DNA of 64,000 bases, from assembly GCF_036321535.1 (NCBI RefSeq), contig NC_087437.1:81222001-81286000 (forward strand). Direction: 5' to 3'. Below the pieces are notes generated by a model. The model was not told where the DNA came from. It was given only the letters and a program-made list of their open reading frames with translations, and did not search any database. The position numbers were made by a program, and so were the translations under genes. This document shows, one piece after another, positions 13,719 through 26,376 of this stretch; position 1 is the first letter of the stretch, and each line of letters begins with the position of its first letter. The stretch is from Camelus dromedarius (Eukaryota).

Positions 13719-14793
13719 GTAATTTGCTCCCCTCCAATCACTTACCCGGGTTGTGGCTTTGGCTTTTCCTCCTCTCCACCCAGGCATGACTGCAGTTCTG
13801 CGCACCATCACAGTCTCATTCCATGCTTTTCCTCTCATTTCCCATCTGGGTCTGGAGAGCCTGCAGCTAGGAGACTTCTGGAAGAATCTGTGTGCTTATT
13901 TAGGGAAGGTCTGTGGTTTTGGACACAACTTCCTGGTTTTCCACAAACCCTCTGTCCTCGTATCACATGTGCCATTGTATTGAGAAAACCATCCACTCTT
14001 TCTCAGGGACCTCTGTGCTCATCCTGGGCTTGACAAATGGAAACATTTTATTCCAGGGCCATGATGACCATTTCATTGCTTTACTCAACTTGTAAGGCTT
14101 TCTCCTTTTTAAAAAGCTGCATGAAATAATGGCTTCTTCAGCTCTTCTGTTTCCTTGAAGAATGTTTTTGAGTATGTCTTGATAACCAAAGGCGCACACA
14201 CTATTCTTGTCTTGGTCTAGGGTCCAAGATAAAAATATGGTCTTTGTTACTTGAGAATGTTAAAAGTCCCAAGCTGGTTTTTATTACTTTTGGTACTAGT
14301 GATGTTTGAGTATAACTATTTCATATAATTTCTCAGTAGTCACAATAAATCTGTCACTGCTTTACTTTAGAAAATTCCAGAAATCAGTAGCCATGTAACA
14401 TTGTGTATAGCATCAAGTGTTTATGGAATATTTTCCAGGTCCCCTATTAAGCAGGTTTCAAATTCCTACCTTACAGTTTTTATACTGAAAAAAAAAACTA
14501 TCAATTAAGAAATAGAACTATTATACTTGTCATTTTGGAAATTACTTACATAGAAAAAAGTCTTATAGTCCTCCTTATTTTTGCTTCAAGATACATTTAA
14601 CATTGCCTGAAGATTTTTTTCTATCAGAAAAATCAGTAGAAATGGACACGCTTCCCACCCTTCCCACATTCTAGGAATTAATTTTGTTGTGTATTCACTG
14701 AATTTATATAGTATCTTTACTCAAGCTACGTGCGCTTAATCATGACAGCTATAGCCGTGACCATAATGCTCACTTTAATACCTTTTTCTTTGG

Positions 14794-14856
14794 CGTCAAA
14801 ACCATTCAAAAGACCTAAAACCATATGCAGACCCGATGCACCTCAAATCCAGCCCA
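14794..14856 (+). pseudogene. Inactivated exon, 63 bp, (A)SKPFKRPKTICRPDAPQIQP
   Basis: Exon-like open frame after a pyrimidine tract, but the acceptor reads tgg not tag; donor A|gtaatc has lost the -1 G. Confidence 0.75.
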
Positions 14857-14971
14857 GTAATCACCACTTTCAGTGCCTTGATCCATGACTGGGAAAATGG
14901 TGTGTATGTAACGTTAATCTTGGCGTTCACAGCTCTGCTTTGATACTAATTACAGCACCTTTTTTCTTCAG

Positions 14972-15046
14972 ATTCAAAACCACCAGAGCAATTACCTCCT
15001 ATACCCCAAACCACAGCAAAACCAGATATACCACCATCTAAATCCG
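14972..15046 (+). CDS. ABI3BP: ABI3BP exon, 75 bp, (D)SKPPEQLPPIPQTTAKPDIPPSKS
   Basis: tttttcttcag acceptor, G|gtaaac donor. Confidence 0.88.
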
Positions 15047-15717
15047 GTAAACATAATTTCCCGTGCTTTTGTTTAAGAAGCTTTTCCTTTGGGGATGTTG
15101 CTGAAAATGCTTACAATTAGTCATATCATATAAAGCATAGAAACTCAAATACTGTGATTTTGCTCACTGTCTTCTCAAGGTAGCCACACTGATGTTTTAA
15201 GTGTTAAATCAGCAAATCAATGTGTGGGAATGAGTAAATTTTACGTCTGACTGTCTGATGGATTCCATTTTCTTAAAGCATTTTTAGGCTTTGTTTTCTG
15301 AATTCAGGTTTGTAGTGAACAGAAGCCTGGTTTTTCTGTATCTGGAGCATTTTTGAAAGTGACTTTAGTGGCCACCACTAGGCAACGCTAGGGAGGGTGA
15401 CACTGGGTTCTTCCTTTCTAGGAACATGGAGATTGGCTTTCTCTAAAATACTTTTTGGCATTTTCTACCAAATAAGAAGATATTTATATAACAGTTCTGA
15501 AAATTCAGTTGTTTTTCAATTGAACTTTTGTCCTAAGATTCTTTAATAAAATTCTAATTTACTGAGAGAGGATCTCTCATAATAAATAAGCCTATCGAGA
15601 AGGCAGTTTATAGCAACTTGGAATAAACCAGGTTCTGTACCCCGTGACTTAATCATACCTGTAGGTTGAGGCTTCCTTACCTGGATTACTCATACCTGTT
15701 TCTTTTTTATGACGCAG

Positions 15718-15765
15718 TCTTTGAGGATATTACCTTTGAGACGGAAGCTCCCTCCACAACCATAG
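15718..15765 (+). CDS. ABI3BP: ABI3BP exon, 48 bp, (V)FEDITFETEAPSTTI
   Basis: gacgcag acceptor after T tract, TAG|gtaacg donor. Confidence 0.85.
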   Translation, partial: SLRILPLRRKLPPQP

Positions 15766-17243
15766 GTAACGCTGGATGTCTTCCTTCTTGGTCCATGTTT
15801 CTCTGAGCTTGCCTCTCTCATCCCTGTCATTGTCTTTATTCTCTTGTGTAAATAATTGTGGTTCATCACCTTTTTCATTTCTTTCCCAAAATTGTTTAAT
15901 ATTTTCAACAGGGACCTTCTTAATATCGTTGGGCAGTCTTACACCTGCTGCTCCGCTTATAACCCCTGAGGGTCGTTCTTTCTTGGATCACCTTAGGAGG
16001 TGGCCAGATGACCTGCAGCCCTCGATGCTGTCAACAGTCACAAGTGCTCTTTCCATCCATCCTTCAAACCAGGACATTTAAAATCTCTGCTTTTATGTGT
16101 ATATAATTTATGACGTGGGAAGGGAACAACGAGACAGCTGGTTGGGGCTTGAGAAAATACGTAATTGTCTCCTCACAAAAGTCCTTTCTTCCTTGACTCT
16201 ATACTGTTTGAACGCACTGGACCTTTCTGTTGACAAATTCGTCTTGTGGTGTTGAGTTCCAAACAAAATAGGATCCCCTTTTTTGTTTGAAGGCAGTCAG
16301 CTTTGAATATTGCTTTTGTCCTGTTGTCCTCACTTTCCATCTCTTCTGGATGCCATGTTTTCCATTAGTTCAGAAGATGCTCTCAGATGTGGCTTAAACC
16401 AACTTGGTGCTGTGTTATCTTGGCGAGTCAGCAAAAGGCAGCCTCCATATAAATGCTGACAGAGTTTTTGGTGATAAGATATTTTAATGTTACATTTAAT
16501 TTTCTGGAGTTAATGAAAAATAGAGACACTAATTTAAAACCAAGGAGTCATAAATCTTAATTTCATATCTATGTATAATTCAGTTATTTCAGCATATTAT
16601 AGAATTACAGGAATCCTGCTTATCCAGACAAAAAGTTGAATTACTAACTTTTTCACTTTTTTCTTAATCATCCTTGTTCCTCAATTGAGTAGCTATCTCC
16701 TAAGTCCATCTGAAATAAATGAATAAATAAGGACAAATTGTAAGAAAGAGTATCACATTCTTTTGTGGAAAAAGTTTTTATTTTTCATAATGGTTACAAA
16801 TCTCCAATAAACGGACTGATTAAAAATATTTTTAAAAATTCTCAACACTACCACCATTCTCAAAAAAATACTAAAAATAGTGGTGAAAGCTTTTCAAATA
16901 CTAAAAGAAGTTTTCATAATAATTTTTCAGAGTAATTTAAAAACCATATCAAATGAGATTTTTTTGGAGCCATGTTTCGAATATAGATGCAAGCAGTTAA
17001 TTAAACACCCAAAAAAGCACATTTCATTGGCTTCACGGGGATGCAAAGTGCAAGGGGCACGGCTATTTTGTGAGACAAATGGGTATCGGAGTACAGCCAG
17101 TTATTAGAGAACAAATACTATTTTTCCTGAGTTCATAAATTTTTTTAAACATTACAGGATTAAAAAGATTCATTTTCAAGACAATTTTCTTCTTTTCCTA
17201 CGTTTCTTAAATCTGCATTGTTTATTGTATTGCTTTTGGTCAG

Positions 17244-17303
17244 TTCCTGCCACAGACATTGAACCTGTAACTCTGAGAACCGAAGCTCCTCAGACAACAT
17301 TAG
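17244..17303 (+). CDS. ABI3BP: ABI3BP exon, 60 bp acidic/Thr type, (V)PATDIEPVTLRTEAPQTTL
   Basis: ttttggtcag acceptor, TAG|gtaatg donor. Confidence 0.9.
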
Positions 17304-18098
17304 GTAATGACCTTTTATGTCTTTAACCCAGAGCCTTTTCTTCTCATTGTCTAGTCTTCTCCAGGAGTATCGTGACCAAAGGGTTTCTCTTTGATGGATT
17401 TTTTTCATCATCCTCTTTTGTCACTCAACTATAGTCTTCATTTTAATGCACTGAAGATGTTTAAAATAAGTCACTTGGTTAGAATATAAGCCTGTATGAA
17501 GCTAGTGCAGAGTATGTCACCCATATTATCCAATTTTATTAATGCTTTACAGAGCCTATGATTCTGCTGAATTTCAAATACAGTTAGGAGTGTCTGCCCT
17601 ATAAACACTAGGTATAATTCTGTGGCCATCAACAGAGAGTTGTTTTAAGATTTGCTAGGCATTTTTATTGTCTACCAGTGATTTTAAAAAATGAGATATG
17701 CTTATTCCAATCATGTTTAATGGGATGTCTGCCTAAGCCAAGTGATTTCTAAATACAATTTCCCGAACACAGGTGAGCCTGGGACCCTCTCTAACGTGAT
17801 AGGGACATGCTGTGCTTCTGACTTCCCTTGGGTCTAGGTCCTCTTTGAAAATCTGACACTAGCAATAATAGTAAAGTTTTCAGATAATTAATACAATGCT
17901 GTATGTTTTTTCTCAAAAGAACTTTTGATAGACACCTTCACAATTTTTTGCATATAGATGACAAAAAAATCCCAAACCAAAGGGATAAATTTCTCAAGAC
18001 TTAAGAAAAACTAGCAAAATTTTAGAAAACCTAGAGCCATGTATAATCCTTTTTTTCTGGAGTCATAAGATGACCATTAACCAGTTTCCTTTCTTCAG

Positions 18099-18197
18099 CT
18101 CCAAAAACATCACAAAGAACAAGACCCCATCGTCCAGGACGTCCACGTCCTAAATATAAAACCACACCGAGTCCAGAGACACCTCAGACCAAACTAG
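18099..18197 (+). CDS. ABI3BP: ABI3BP exon, 99 bp basic type, (A)PKTSQRTRPHRPGRPRPKYKTTPSPETPQTKL
   Basis: tttcctttcttcag acceptor, TAG|gtaaat donor. Confidence 0.9.
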   Translation, partial: LQKHHKEQDPIVQDVHVLNIKPHRVQRHLRPN

Positions 18198-19529
18198 GTA
18201 AATATGTGGTGGCTGGTGCCTGTGGAACCCTGGTGGATGTGACACTGGGGTGGCAGTGTAACTCGACACCTAATCACCCTGTGACCCCTCAGGGTGAGGG
18301 CTCAGGCGGCAAGTGCTGTAGTCAATACATGTCACTTCCTCATGCTGTTTGGTAGCTTCTTGGTATCTGCGTATTTTATTTGCTTCTCTGACCCGTCAGT
18401 TTTCTCTTTGATTCTGACTCAGCAAAACTTACCTAGTTAAGTATCTAGCCTATTTAGTTCACTTAGTCTCACCTTTAATTATGTGCCGCACTAGCCTCGG
18501 TGAGGAATAGTTTAGAAATAACAAGTGCCTTCACTTCCTTGAGGAAGGAAGCTGCTCTTGTGTGAAACTGCTCCTAAATGGATATGAAGGAATATGCGCA
18601 AAAGCAACGTATTTATTGAGTTTCACCAGCTGTTAGCCAAATAGTTAATTCTTAGAGAAGTGAAGGATCCCTGGGCTAATAAGTGGAACGTGGACCTTGA
18701 AATGTGTGTCTGTAAATTTTGTTGGAGGGGTGAGCAGGAATAACCAGAAGCAGGAAGGTGCCAGATGTGTGGGTGACAGCAAAACAGATATCACTTAGAA
18801 GTGGAACCTGAATGTCAGAAAGGAGAAAGGCAGTGTTCACTTGGCTGGCACTCAGACATTTTGGTTAGTGATGCTACTTTTAGATGAGTCCGCAAAGAGG
18901 ACCTTGAATGCATGACTTCAGTGATTGGATTTGAGCCAGTTGGCTACAGCATACTCTATCCTCCCTGGGTCAGCCCTTTTCAGTCCTGAAAACAGAGAAA
19001 TGCACTGACAAGGTTTGCAGACTGAATGATCCACTGTATCCTGCTCTGTTCTGTGCCGTTGTTTTGACAGAGGTCTTAGTCTTTTTCCAAAGTGGACTCT
19101 CAACAAAGAAGTGCATTGTCTATTTTGGTTATTCATTACAGTATCTGCTTAAATGTATCAACAATTGCATCTATCATGACTTACGGCTTTGTTACCTAGC
19201 ATATAGGGTCTTAGATTATACTTTGACATTCTTTTCCATAATTGTTAACCATAGTGTTATTAGACAGATGCCTAAAGATTTTTCTAAGCAGAGTCTTCTA
19301 TTGTATTATCAGATAATATAAAAAAGCAACACTTGTAGATAATCATGTGGTGATACTAAGGACCTAACCATTTCATAAGAACAAATATCTCTGTACCCTC
19401 ACCTTGGAACTTTAAAATTTTTGCTTTCTGGCTATAGAACCAATGCTACCCTGTAAAGATCATTTTCAAGGGAGTTGGGTGACTTTCCTTATGTGTTTAA
19501 CATTTCTTTTCTTAATTGCTTTTAAACAT

Positions 19530-19574
19530 TTCTTGCCACAGGCTTTGAACCTATTAGTCCTTAGACATCTTTAG
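19530..19574 (+). pseudogene. Decayed acidic-type exon with in-frame TAG
   Basis: cat|TT CTT GCC ACA GGC TTT GAA CCT ATT AGT CCT TAG ... TTAG|gtaatg: outer acceptor lost, shortened, stop codon. Confidence 0.7.
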
Positions 19575-20378
19575 GTAATGATCCTTTATGTCCTTCAGCA
19601 GGTGCTCTTGTGTATTTATTGTCAGACTTACCTGTGGTACCACCGAGATGATGCCGTAATTTGATGTCATCCTGTTGCTGTATTCATCTTAAAATATAAA
19701 AGGCTTTCTTTCTAATGTTAATGTCTATGGACTAAATTCAAGACAGCTATCTGCTCCATCTCCCCGCTTGTAATTGCGTCATGTCAATCTGAGTTTCTGT
19801 TTAAAGAACGCTGTTTGCTAGAGCTGAGGTCCAAATGTAATTCTCCGTAAATCCCTAGACCACCAATGCAGTATCAGTTATGATACCATGGAGTTTCTCC
19901 AGGCATCTTTCTCTCTAGATTTTAAGTACTGCATAATTTTTTTTAATGTACGTGATGTTTCATCAAATTTTATGTACTTATTCTAATAAATTACCAAGTA
20001 GAACACTTGCCCAATCTAAGTTATTTTAAATTATAAGGGAATAATCTAAGATGCTGTGAATTTCTCTCATACCATCATAGTTTGGCAGTAATCTGTATGC
20101 AGGGACACTTGCAAGAAACTGATAATTTCTCATCTTCGTTTCTTAAACATAACTGTAATGTAATTTTTAATCTCTAGAGCATTCTCAGTTAGAAAAGAAA
20201 ACCTATTAATATATTAGAGGGGAAAATTTCAAACTGAAGTAACAAAATTGTCTCCACTCCAAGGAATTCTGGCAGGTTTTAGAAGCTTAGCGCCATATTA
20301 TATCATCCTGAACATATATAATATTCAGAGTTAATGGAGCCATCAGCACTGTATTAATTGTAAATTTTCTTCCTTCAG

Positions 20379-20471
20379 CGCCAACAACAACAACAACAAC
20401 AAAGAGACCCCGTCGTCCACGTCCCAAAGCTAAAACCACACCCCGTCCAGAAGCAGCTCAGACCAAACTGG
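20379..20471 (+). CDS. ABI3BP: ABI3BP exon, 93 bp, module 1 basic, (A)PTTTTTTKRPRRPRPKAKTTPRPEAAQTKL
   Basis: ttttcttccttcag acceptor, G|gtaaat donor. Confidence 0.9.
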
Positions 20472-21429
20472 GTAAATATGTGGCTTTGGGGTTAAGGAAT
20501 CCAAGCCTCTACCCTAGTTGGGACCCTAAATTCTATGCATAAAATTAGTACACGCCTTATATATTCTTAATGGTAAAAGCTACTCTTACTATTAAACTCT
20601 TCTATATCCACATAACCATATTAGCAGCTAGGAGACAGAGGTAGGAATTATCTTTTCTTTCCCTATCATTTTGTACTATAGTTGTAAACAAAAGGTTTTC
20701 CTGTGTAAACAGGTGGAAAATAGCATAAGGCAGCATGTTGATACAAATGTAAGATGATTTTTCAAATAGTCCAAATGCTTATGCTAGACATATAGTAAGT
20801 ATTTGGAGCAGGAAAAGATCAAGGATAATTAGGGGAAAAAATTAGTACAGAATTTGGATGAGTGGAAGGATGAGGCAACAAGACTCATAATAAACAGGGA
20901 ATGTGCTGAAGGAAGCCGGCGTCCCAGACAGAGGATGACTTGTTGATACACATCTGCTGAATGGGCCCTTCGGATGAATTAAAAGGGGCTGGGATATCTA
21001 CTCAAGAGCTCAAGTGTGATCCAGTGGGCTTCAGTGATCCTTACTTCTAGCCAGGCCCCTGCTTTTGCTCTGCTTAGCACTGGAGATGCCGAGTCCACTG
21101 TGATACCACAATCTGAGAGGTTGTTTCTCACCTTAATGTATTAAATGCCACTGTTTTCACTAAGGACTTAGTCACCTAGTGAGTAGAGTATGGGCTTCTT
21201 TTCAGCTCTGTTCTATGTGTGGAGGACAGAACCCAGGATAACCCCCTCGTCCCCATCACCACCCCCTTCCCCAGAGTTCCTGCCTCTTGGTGTTACAGCT
21301 TTTGTGTGTCATCCATCCTCCCCCTCCCCCTTCTCCCTTAGAAGCATTATTGTTACCGGTAGGATGACTTTGCTGACATTTCATGCATTCACAAAAATCT
21401 CTTTGATTTCTTTAATTACTTTTGATCAG

Positions 21430-21489
21430 TTCCTGCCACAATCCGTGAACCAGGTATTCTTAGGACCGAGGCTCCTGGGACGACAGTAG
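21430..21489 (+). CDS. ABI3BP: ABI3BP exon, 60 bp, module 1, (V)PATIREPGILRTEAPGTTV
   Basis: tttgatcag acceptor, TAG|gtaaat donor. Confidence 0.88.
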   Translation, partial: FLPQSVNQVFLGPRLLGRQ

Positions 21490-22318
21490 GTAAATGACAC
21501 ATTATGTCCGTCAGCATCTGCTTCTGCTCATTTCAGACCCATTTCATCATTTCATCACCATCATAACCTCATCTTCTCCTGCTTCACAAGACTCATATGT
21601 CATCCTCTATTGTCATTTATTTACCTCTTAATGTATTGAAAAGTGTTAAAGAAAAAAACTCATTGGTTTTTAAGAGAGTCAAGTAGGAACTTAGTTGAGA
21701 ATATTTATCTGCAAGGCGATGCATTTAAATTTGTAGCCACTCACCCCCAGCTAACCTTTTAATCACATTCTGTGTTACTGAGTTTCAGACATAGGCAGTG
21801 GAGGCTCGGGGTGGGGTGTGTGTCCTTGACCTGAGCTGAATACACTGTCACAGCTGTTATAGTGGGACGTGACACCTGTGCAGGTCTCGATTCCTACCTG
21901 TTCACTACCTGCATTGTCTTTATTTTGCCATTTTAAGTCCTGATACAGTCTTTTTTCAGTAAGGAGTGAAGTAGAAAATATGCCCAGGGCTAGGAAATGG
22001 AAATAAAAGCACCATCATTTGTGTAAAGTCACCCTATGCTTTCCTTACCATCAACACAGTTAAGTGGATTTTTGTAACCTTTTTTCCTTTCAGAAATCTC
22101 AGTAAGGATTTCCTTAGTCCATGTTTCTGTGGGATTTCTGCTTTTCAGAGTAATACAAATGGTACAAAGAGGCAAAATCAAAAGAGGGGGAAATATTTCA
22201 AATTCAAAACAAAAATGTCCTGAATCTCAAGAAATGATAACAAGTATAGTCCTTTCCACAGCTTCTGGGACTAAAATCTCACTATTAACCTGAAGTTTTC
22301 TTCCTTTATCTCCCAAAG

Positions 22319-22393
22319 TGCCTCGTCAACCTCTTCATCCACGTCCCAAATCTAAACCCACACTGAGTCCTAAAGCACCTCAGGCAGAACTGG
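22319..22393 (+). CDS. ABI3BP: Candidate rescued exon, 75 bp, (V)PRQPLHPRPKSKPTLSPKAPQAEL; ancestral start 22310
   Basis: Expected acceptor reads ttat; in-phase aaag 9 nt downstream; G|gtaact donor intact. Confidence 0.5.
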
Positions 22394-22731
22394 GTAACTT
22401 TGTAGATCCTGGGGAAGGAATCCTGAGCCCATCCCAGTGGGGTCCAGAGACGGGGAAGGGGCAAGTCAGGGTCAGCGGCCACTTTCCCTCTGGAGTAGCG
22501 ACCGGAGCCCAGTCTGAGTCTCAGGTGGTAGCCCAGCTCCTTCCGCGTGTGACTTGCAGTCCCCTCTCTCAGTGTCTGCTTCACTGGCTTCTCCTTCAGT
22601 TGCATTCATGCTTTAAATATGGAATGTGTGTGGTGGACTGAAACAGCTACAGAGGAAACCTGTGTTTGGGCAAATTGGAGGTTGTTCTTGGTATCTGTAA
22701 AAGTTGTGTAAGTCATGGTACAGCCCTAGGG

Positions 22732-22925
22732 CAGGAGTTGGCAAGTATTGTCTACAAAGGGCAACGTCGTCAATACTGGGGGCTTTGTGGCCCAGACAGT
22801 CTCTCAACACATTTTTCTCTCATTTCCCTTTGTTTTTAGAATGAACACTTAAAAATGTAAATGGGAAATATGTGAACAAACTATGGGCAAGATTTTGCCT
22901 CTGAGCCATAGTTTGTCAACCCCTG
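22732..22925. mobile_element. MER58-like hAT-Charlie element, module 1 copy
   Basis: Ends caggagttggcaa and ttgtcaacccctg form terminal inverted repeats; ggctttgtggcc core. Confidence 0.75.
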
Positions 22926-23533
22926 GGTTGAAGAAATAATGAGCGTGGGCCAGCATAGTTAGGAAAGACTTGAGCACGAAATCACTATAGGTTTGTTTGA
23001 CTGCAGGATAGGGGATGAAGAAGGTCTGAAAGACAAGAAGTGGCAGGAGACTAGTGAGGGCAGACAGAGTCTTCTCTGACCGATAAACGATCTCGGGCTT
23101 CTACATGCTCATCAGAACATTGAAGCTCCTGTAGCTGACTGGGCTCACAGGACTAGTTGAAAAGGAATTTTTCCTGTTGGACTTAGGACTTTGACTTTCA
23201 TAGGAGAATCATCAGTATCCATAGCCGGTAGGCTTTCCCTGGTGGAGGGACAGAAGGATACGGACCAAATGGCTGCCTCTCTTAAGGACCCTAGTTGGGC
23301 TAAGTTCATGGTCTCTTTCCAAAGAGGAGTATTTGGCAAGATGGGTACATCTACTTTGGTCCATTACTTAGACGAGGACCATCACAGAATGTGAACTTCC
23401 GGGGCCCTTCTCAGGGACAGTTATCTGAGTACGAAGACAACCCCTCCTAGGGGATAAATGATACCTGAGTGCAAATAAACCGGGTCCCTCTGAGACTGTA
23501 TAAATGTTTAACATTTCTTTTCTTTTTGGTTAG

Positions 23534-23593
23534 TTCTAGCTACAGTCTTTGAACCAGTTACTCCTATAAAAGAGGCCCCAGCGACAGCATTTG
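23534..23593 (+). CDS. ABI3BP: ABI3BP exon, 60 bp, module 1, (V)LATVFEPVTPIKEAPATAF
   Basis: tttttggttag acceptor, G|gtaatg donor. Confidence 0.88.
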
Positions 23594-24387
23594 GTAATGC
23601 CGCTTTCTGGTTTCAGCAAGTGCTTTTTCTGCTCGTTGCCAAACTTCTGCTCTTTCCACTCCATTGCTGTTCAGTTATGTTCTTTTTCTTGTGAGTCAAA
23701 CATGCATTAAAAAAAAGTTACCTCTAGTACTAAAGAGAGCCATACCTGGATCTAGCAAGGGATATTTTCCTCACCTTTAAATTGCTTAAAAATTTTCACT
23801 GCCACTTACTATTTTTAGCTAAAGCAGAGGTTTGTGTTAAGGTAAATTTTATCTGTTTAGGAGAACTCTGATCCTGACCTGTGCTAATCAGCCCATGACA
23901 GGGAAGTTGCTGTATACATCCTTTGTACACCAGCCTCTTTTTTTATGTGCCTGTTTTTGTTGTTGTTGTTTAAACATTTGGGTAGTATGTTTTCAGTGAA
24001 TTGTCTAACAGATAATATGATCAAGTCTAATAAGTTTACATAGTAGCTCCTCCCTTAAGGTGAATCTAACTGCCCTTACCCTCCACCATAGTTTAGATGG
24101 TTCTTAACCTTTTTAATGCAGTCAGAGACATCTAGAATGTGATAAAAACACCAATTCTGACTTTCTGAATTAACTTCATTTTATATGTCAACTTTGTCCC
24201 CAAAATACTTTCAATATGAAAGGAAGATACAGCAGCAGGGTAGGGGCAAACTTTTCAGACTAGGAACTTACATTTCCTGAAGCAGACTGAAATCTACCAA
24301 GCTTTGGAGAACTTAAAGATTTTTTTTTAAAAAACCTAATATTTGAAGAAGCATAAGCTTTAAGGAACTAAACTTTATCGTCGCTAC

Positions 24388-24471
24388 TTCCAAAAACTTC
24401 CCAATGGACGTATAATTCACAACACAAACCTAAAACCACCACAAGTCCAGGTGTAGCTGGGACCACACCAG
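24388..24471 (+). pseudogene. Fossil basic-type exon, 84 bp, reads PKTSQWTYNSQHKPKTTTSPGVAGTTP
   Basis: Same length and register as 84-bp basic exons; acceptor is tac, no GT at the donor position. Confidence 0.65.
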
Positions 24472-24807
24472 ACCAAAGCAGGGTCCTTGGTTTGAGAAGC
24501 CTGGTAGCCTGTCACTGGCTGAAAATGTACCACCATACACCCCCAGGGAGCAACTGTAAAGAAATTTGTGGCTTCACAATCATCTTAAACGTAACTTTAA
24601 TGTAACTCTTAATGTCTAAAGTATTCTTAATTATAAAGGAACACCTTTCAATCTGTTAAAGAGGAACATATCAAACTGAAGTAACAAAGCTGTCTCCACT
24701 CAAAGAAACTCCGGCCAGTTTTAGAAAGCTTAGAGCCATGTTACATCATTCTATTCAAGTTAATGGAGCCATCAGCACCATATTAATCCTAAATTTTCTT
24801 CCTTCAG

Positions 24808-24897
24808 CGCCAACAACAACAACAACAAAGAGACCCCGTCGTCCACGTCCCAAAACTAAAACCACACCCCATCCAGAAGTACCTCAGACCAAACTGG
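24808..24897 (+). CDS. ABI3BP: ABI3BP exon, 90 bp, module 2 basic, (A)PTTTTTKRPRRPRPKTKTTPHPEVPQTKL
   Basis: ccttcag acceptor, G|gtaaat donor. Confidence 0.9.
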
Positions 24898-25867
24898 GTA
24901 AATATGTGGTTTCTGGGTTAAGGAATCCAAGCCTCTACCTCAGTTGGGACCCTAAATTCTAAGCACATAATTGATACCGGTCTTTATACTATACATTCTT
25001 AATGGTAAAACGTACTCTTACTATTAAACCCTTCTATATCCACATAACCATATAGGCAGCTGGGAGACACATCAAAAGTAGGCATTATGTTTTCTTTCCC
25101 TATCATTTTGTGCTATAGTTGTAAACAAAAGCTGTATCTTTTGTAAACAGGTAGAAAATAGCATAAGGCAGCATGTTGATACAAATGTAAGATAATGTCT
25201 CAAATAGTCCAAATCTTATGCTAGAAGTAGAATAAGTACTTGGAGAGGGAAAAGATCCAGGATAATTAGGAGAAATTAGTACAGAATTTGGATGAGTGGA
25301 AGGATGAGGCAACAAGACTCAATAAACAGGGAATGTGCTGAAGGAAGCCGGCGTCCCAGACAGAGGATGACTTGTTGATGTGCGCCTGTTGGTAAGGCCT
25401 GTAGGGTGAATTAAAGGGGGCTGGGATGTCTACTCAAGAGCTCAAGTGAGATCCAGTGGGCTTCAGTGATCCTTACTTCTAGCCAGGCCCATGCTTTTGC
25501 TCTGCTTAGCACTGGAGATGCCGAGTCCACTGTGATACCACAATCTGAGAGGTTGTTTCTCACCTTAATGTATTAAATGCCACTGTTTTCACTAAGGACT
25601 TAGTCACCTAGTGAGTAGAGTATGGGCTTCTTTTCAGCTCTGTTCTATGTGTGGAGGACAGACCCCAGAATAACCCCCTCGTCCCCATCACCACCCCTTC
25701 CCCCCCCTCCAGAGTTCCTGCCTCTTGGTGTTACAGCTTTTGTGTGTCATCCATCCTCCCCCTCCCCCTTCTCCCTTAGAAGCATTATTGTTACCGGTAG
25801 GATGACTTTGCTGACATTTCATGCATTCACAAAAATCTCTTTGATTTCTTTAATCACTTTTGATCAG

Positions 25868-25927
25868 TTCCTGCCACAGTCCCTGAACCAAGTATTCTTA
25901 GGACCGAGGCTCCTGGGACGACAGTAG
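25868..25927 (+). CDS. ABI3BP: ABI3BP exon, 60 bp, module 2, (V)PATVPEPSILRTEAPGTTV
   Basis: tttgatcag acceptor, TAG|gtaaat donor. Confidence 0.88.
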   Translation, partial: FLPQSLNQVFLGPRLLGRQ

Positions 25928-26186
25928 GTAAATGACACATTATGTCCGTCAGCATCTGCTTCTGCTCATTTCAGACCCATTTCATCACTGTCATAACCTC
26001 ATCTTCTCCTGCTTCATGAGAATCTTGTGAACTTGTCAATTGTCACTTATTTACCTCTCAATGTATTGAAAAGTGTTAAAAAAACAACTCATTTGTTTTT
26101 AAGAGAGTCAAGTAGGAACTTAGTTGAGAATATGTATCTGCAGGGTGATGCATTTGTGGTGTATAACTCATGGTACAGCCCTAGGG

Positions 26187-26376
26187 CAGGAGTTGGCAAG
26201 TATTGTCTGTACAGGGCAAGACAGTCAATATTGGGGGCTTTGTGGCCCAAAATGTCTCTGATGCACATTTTTTTCTTTTGGTTTTTCTTTTTAACAACCA
26301 CTTAGAAATGGAAATGGGCTGTATGAAAACAAGCCATGGACAAGATTTGGCCTCAGGGCCAGAGTCTGTCAATGTT
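26187..26376. mobile_element. MER58-like element, module 2 copy
   Basis: Paralogous to 22732-22925; right end degenerate. Confidence 0.7.

Noticed and set aside
21078..21120. ttag|CA CTG GAG ATG resembling the ALEPET exon (also in the other modules)
   Set aside because: In-frame TGA, no donor, similarity too short
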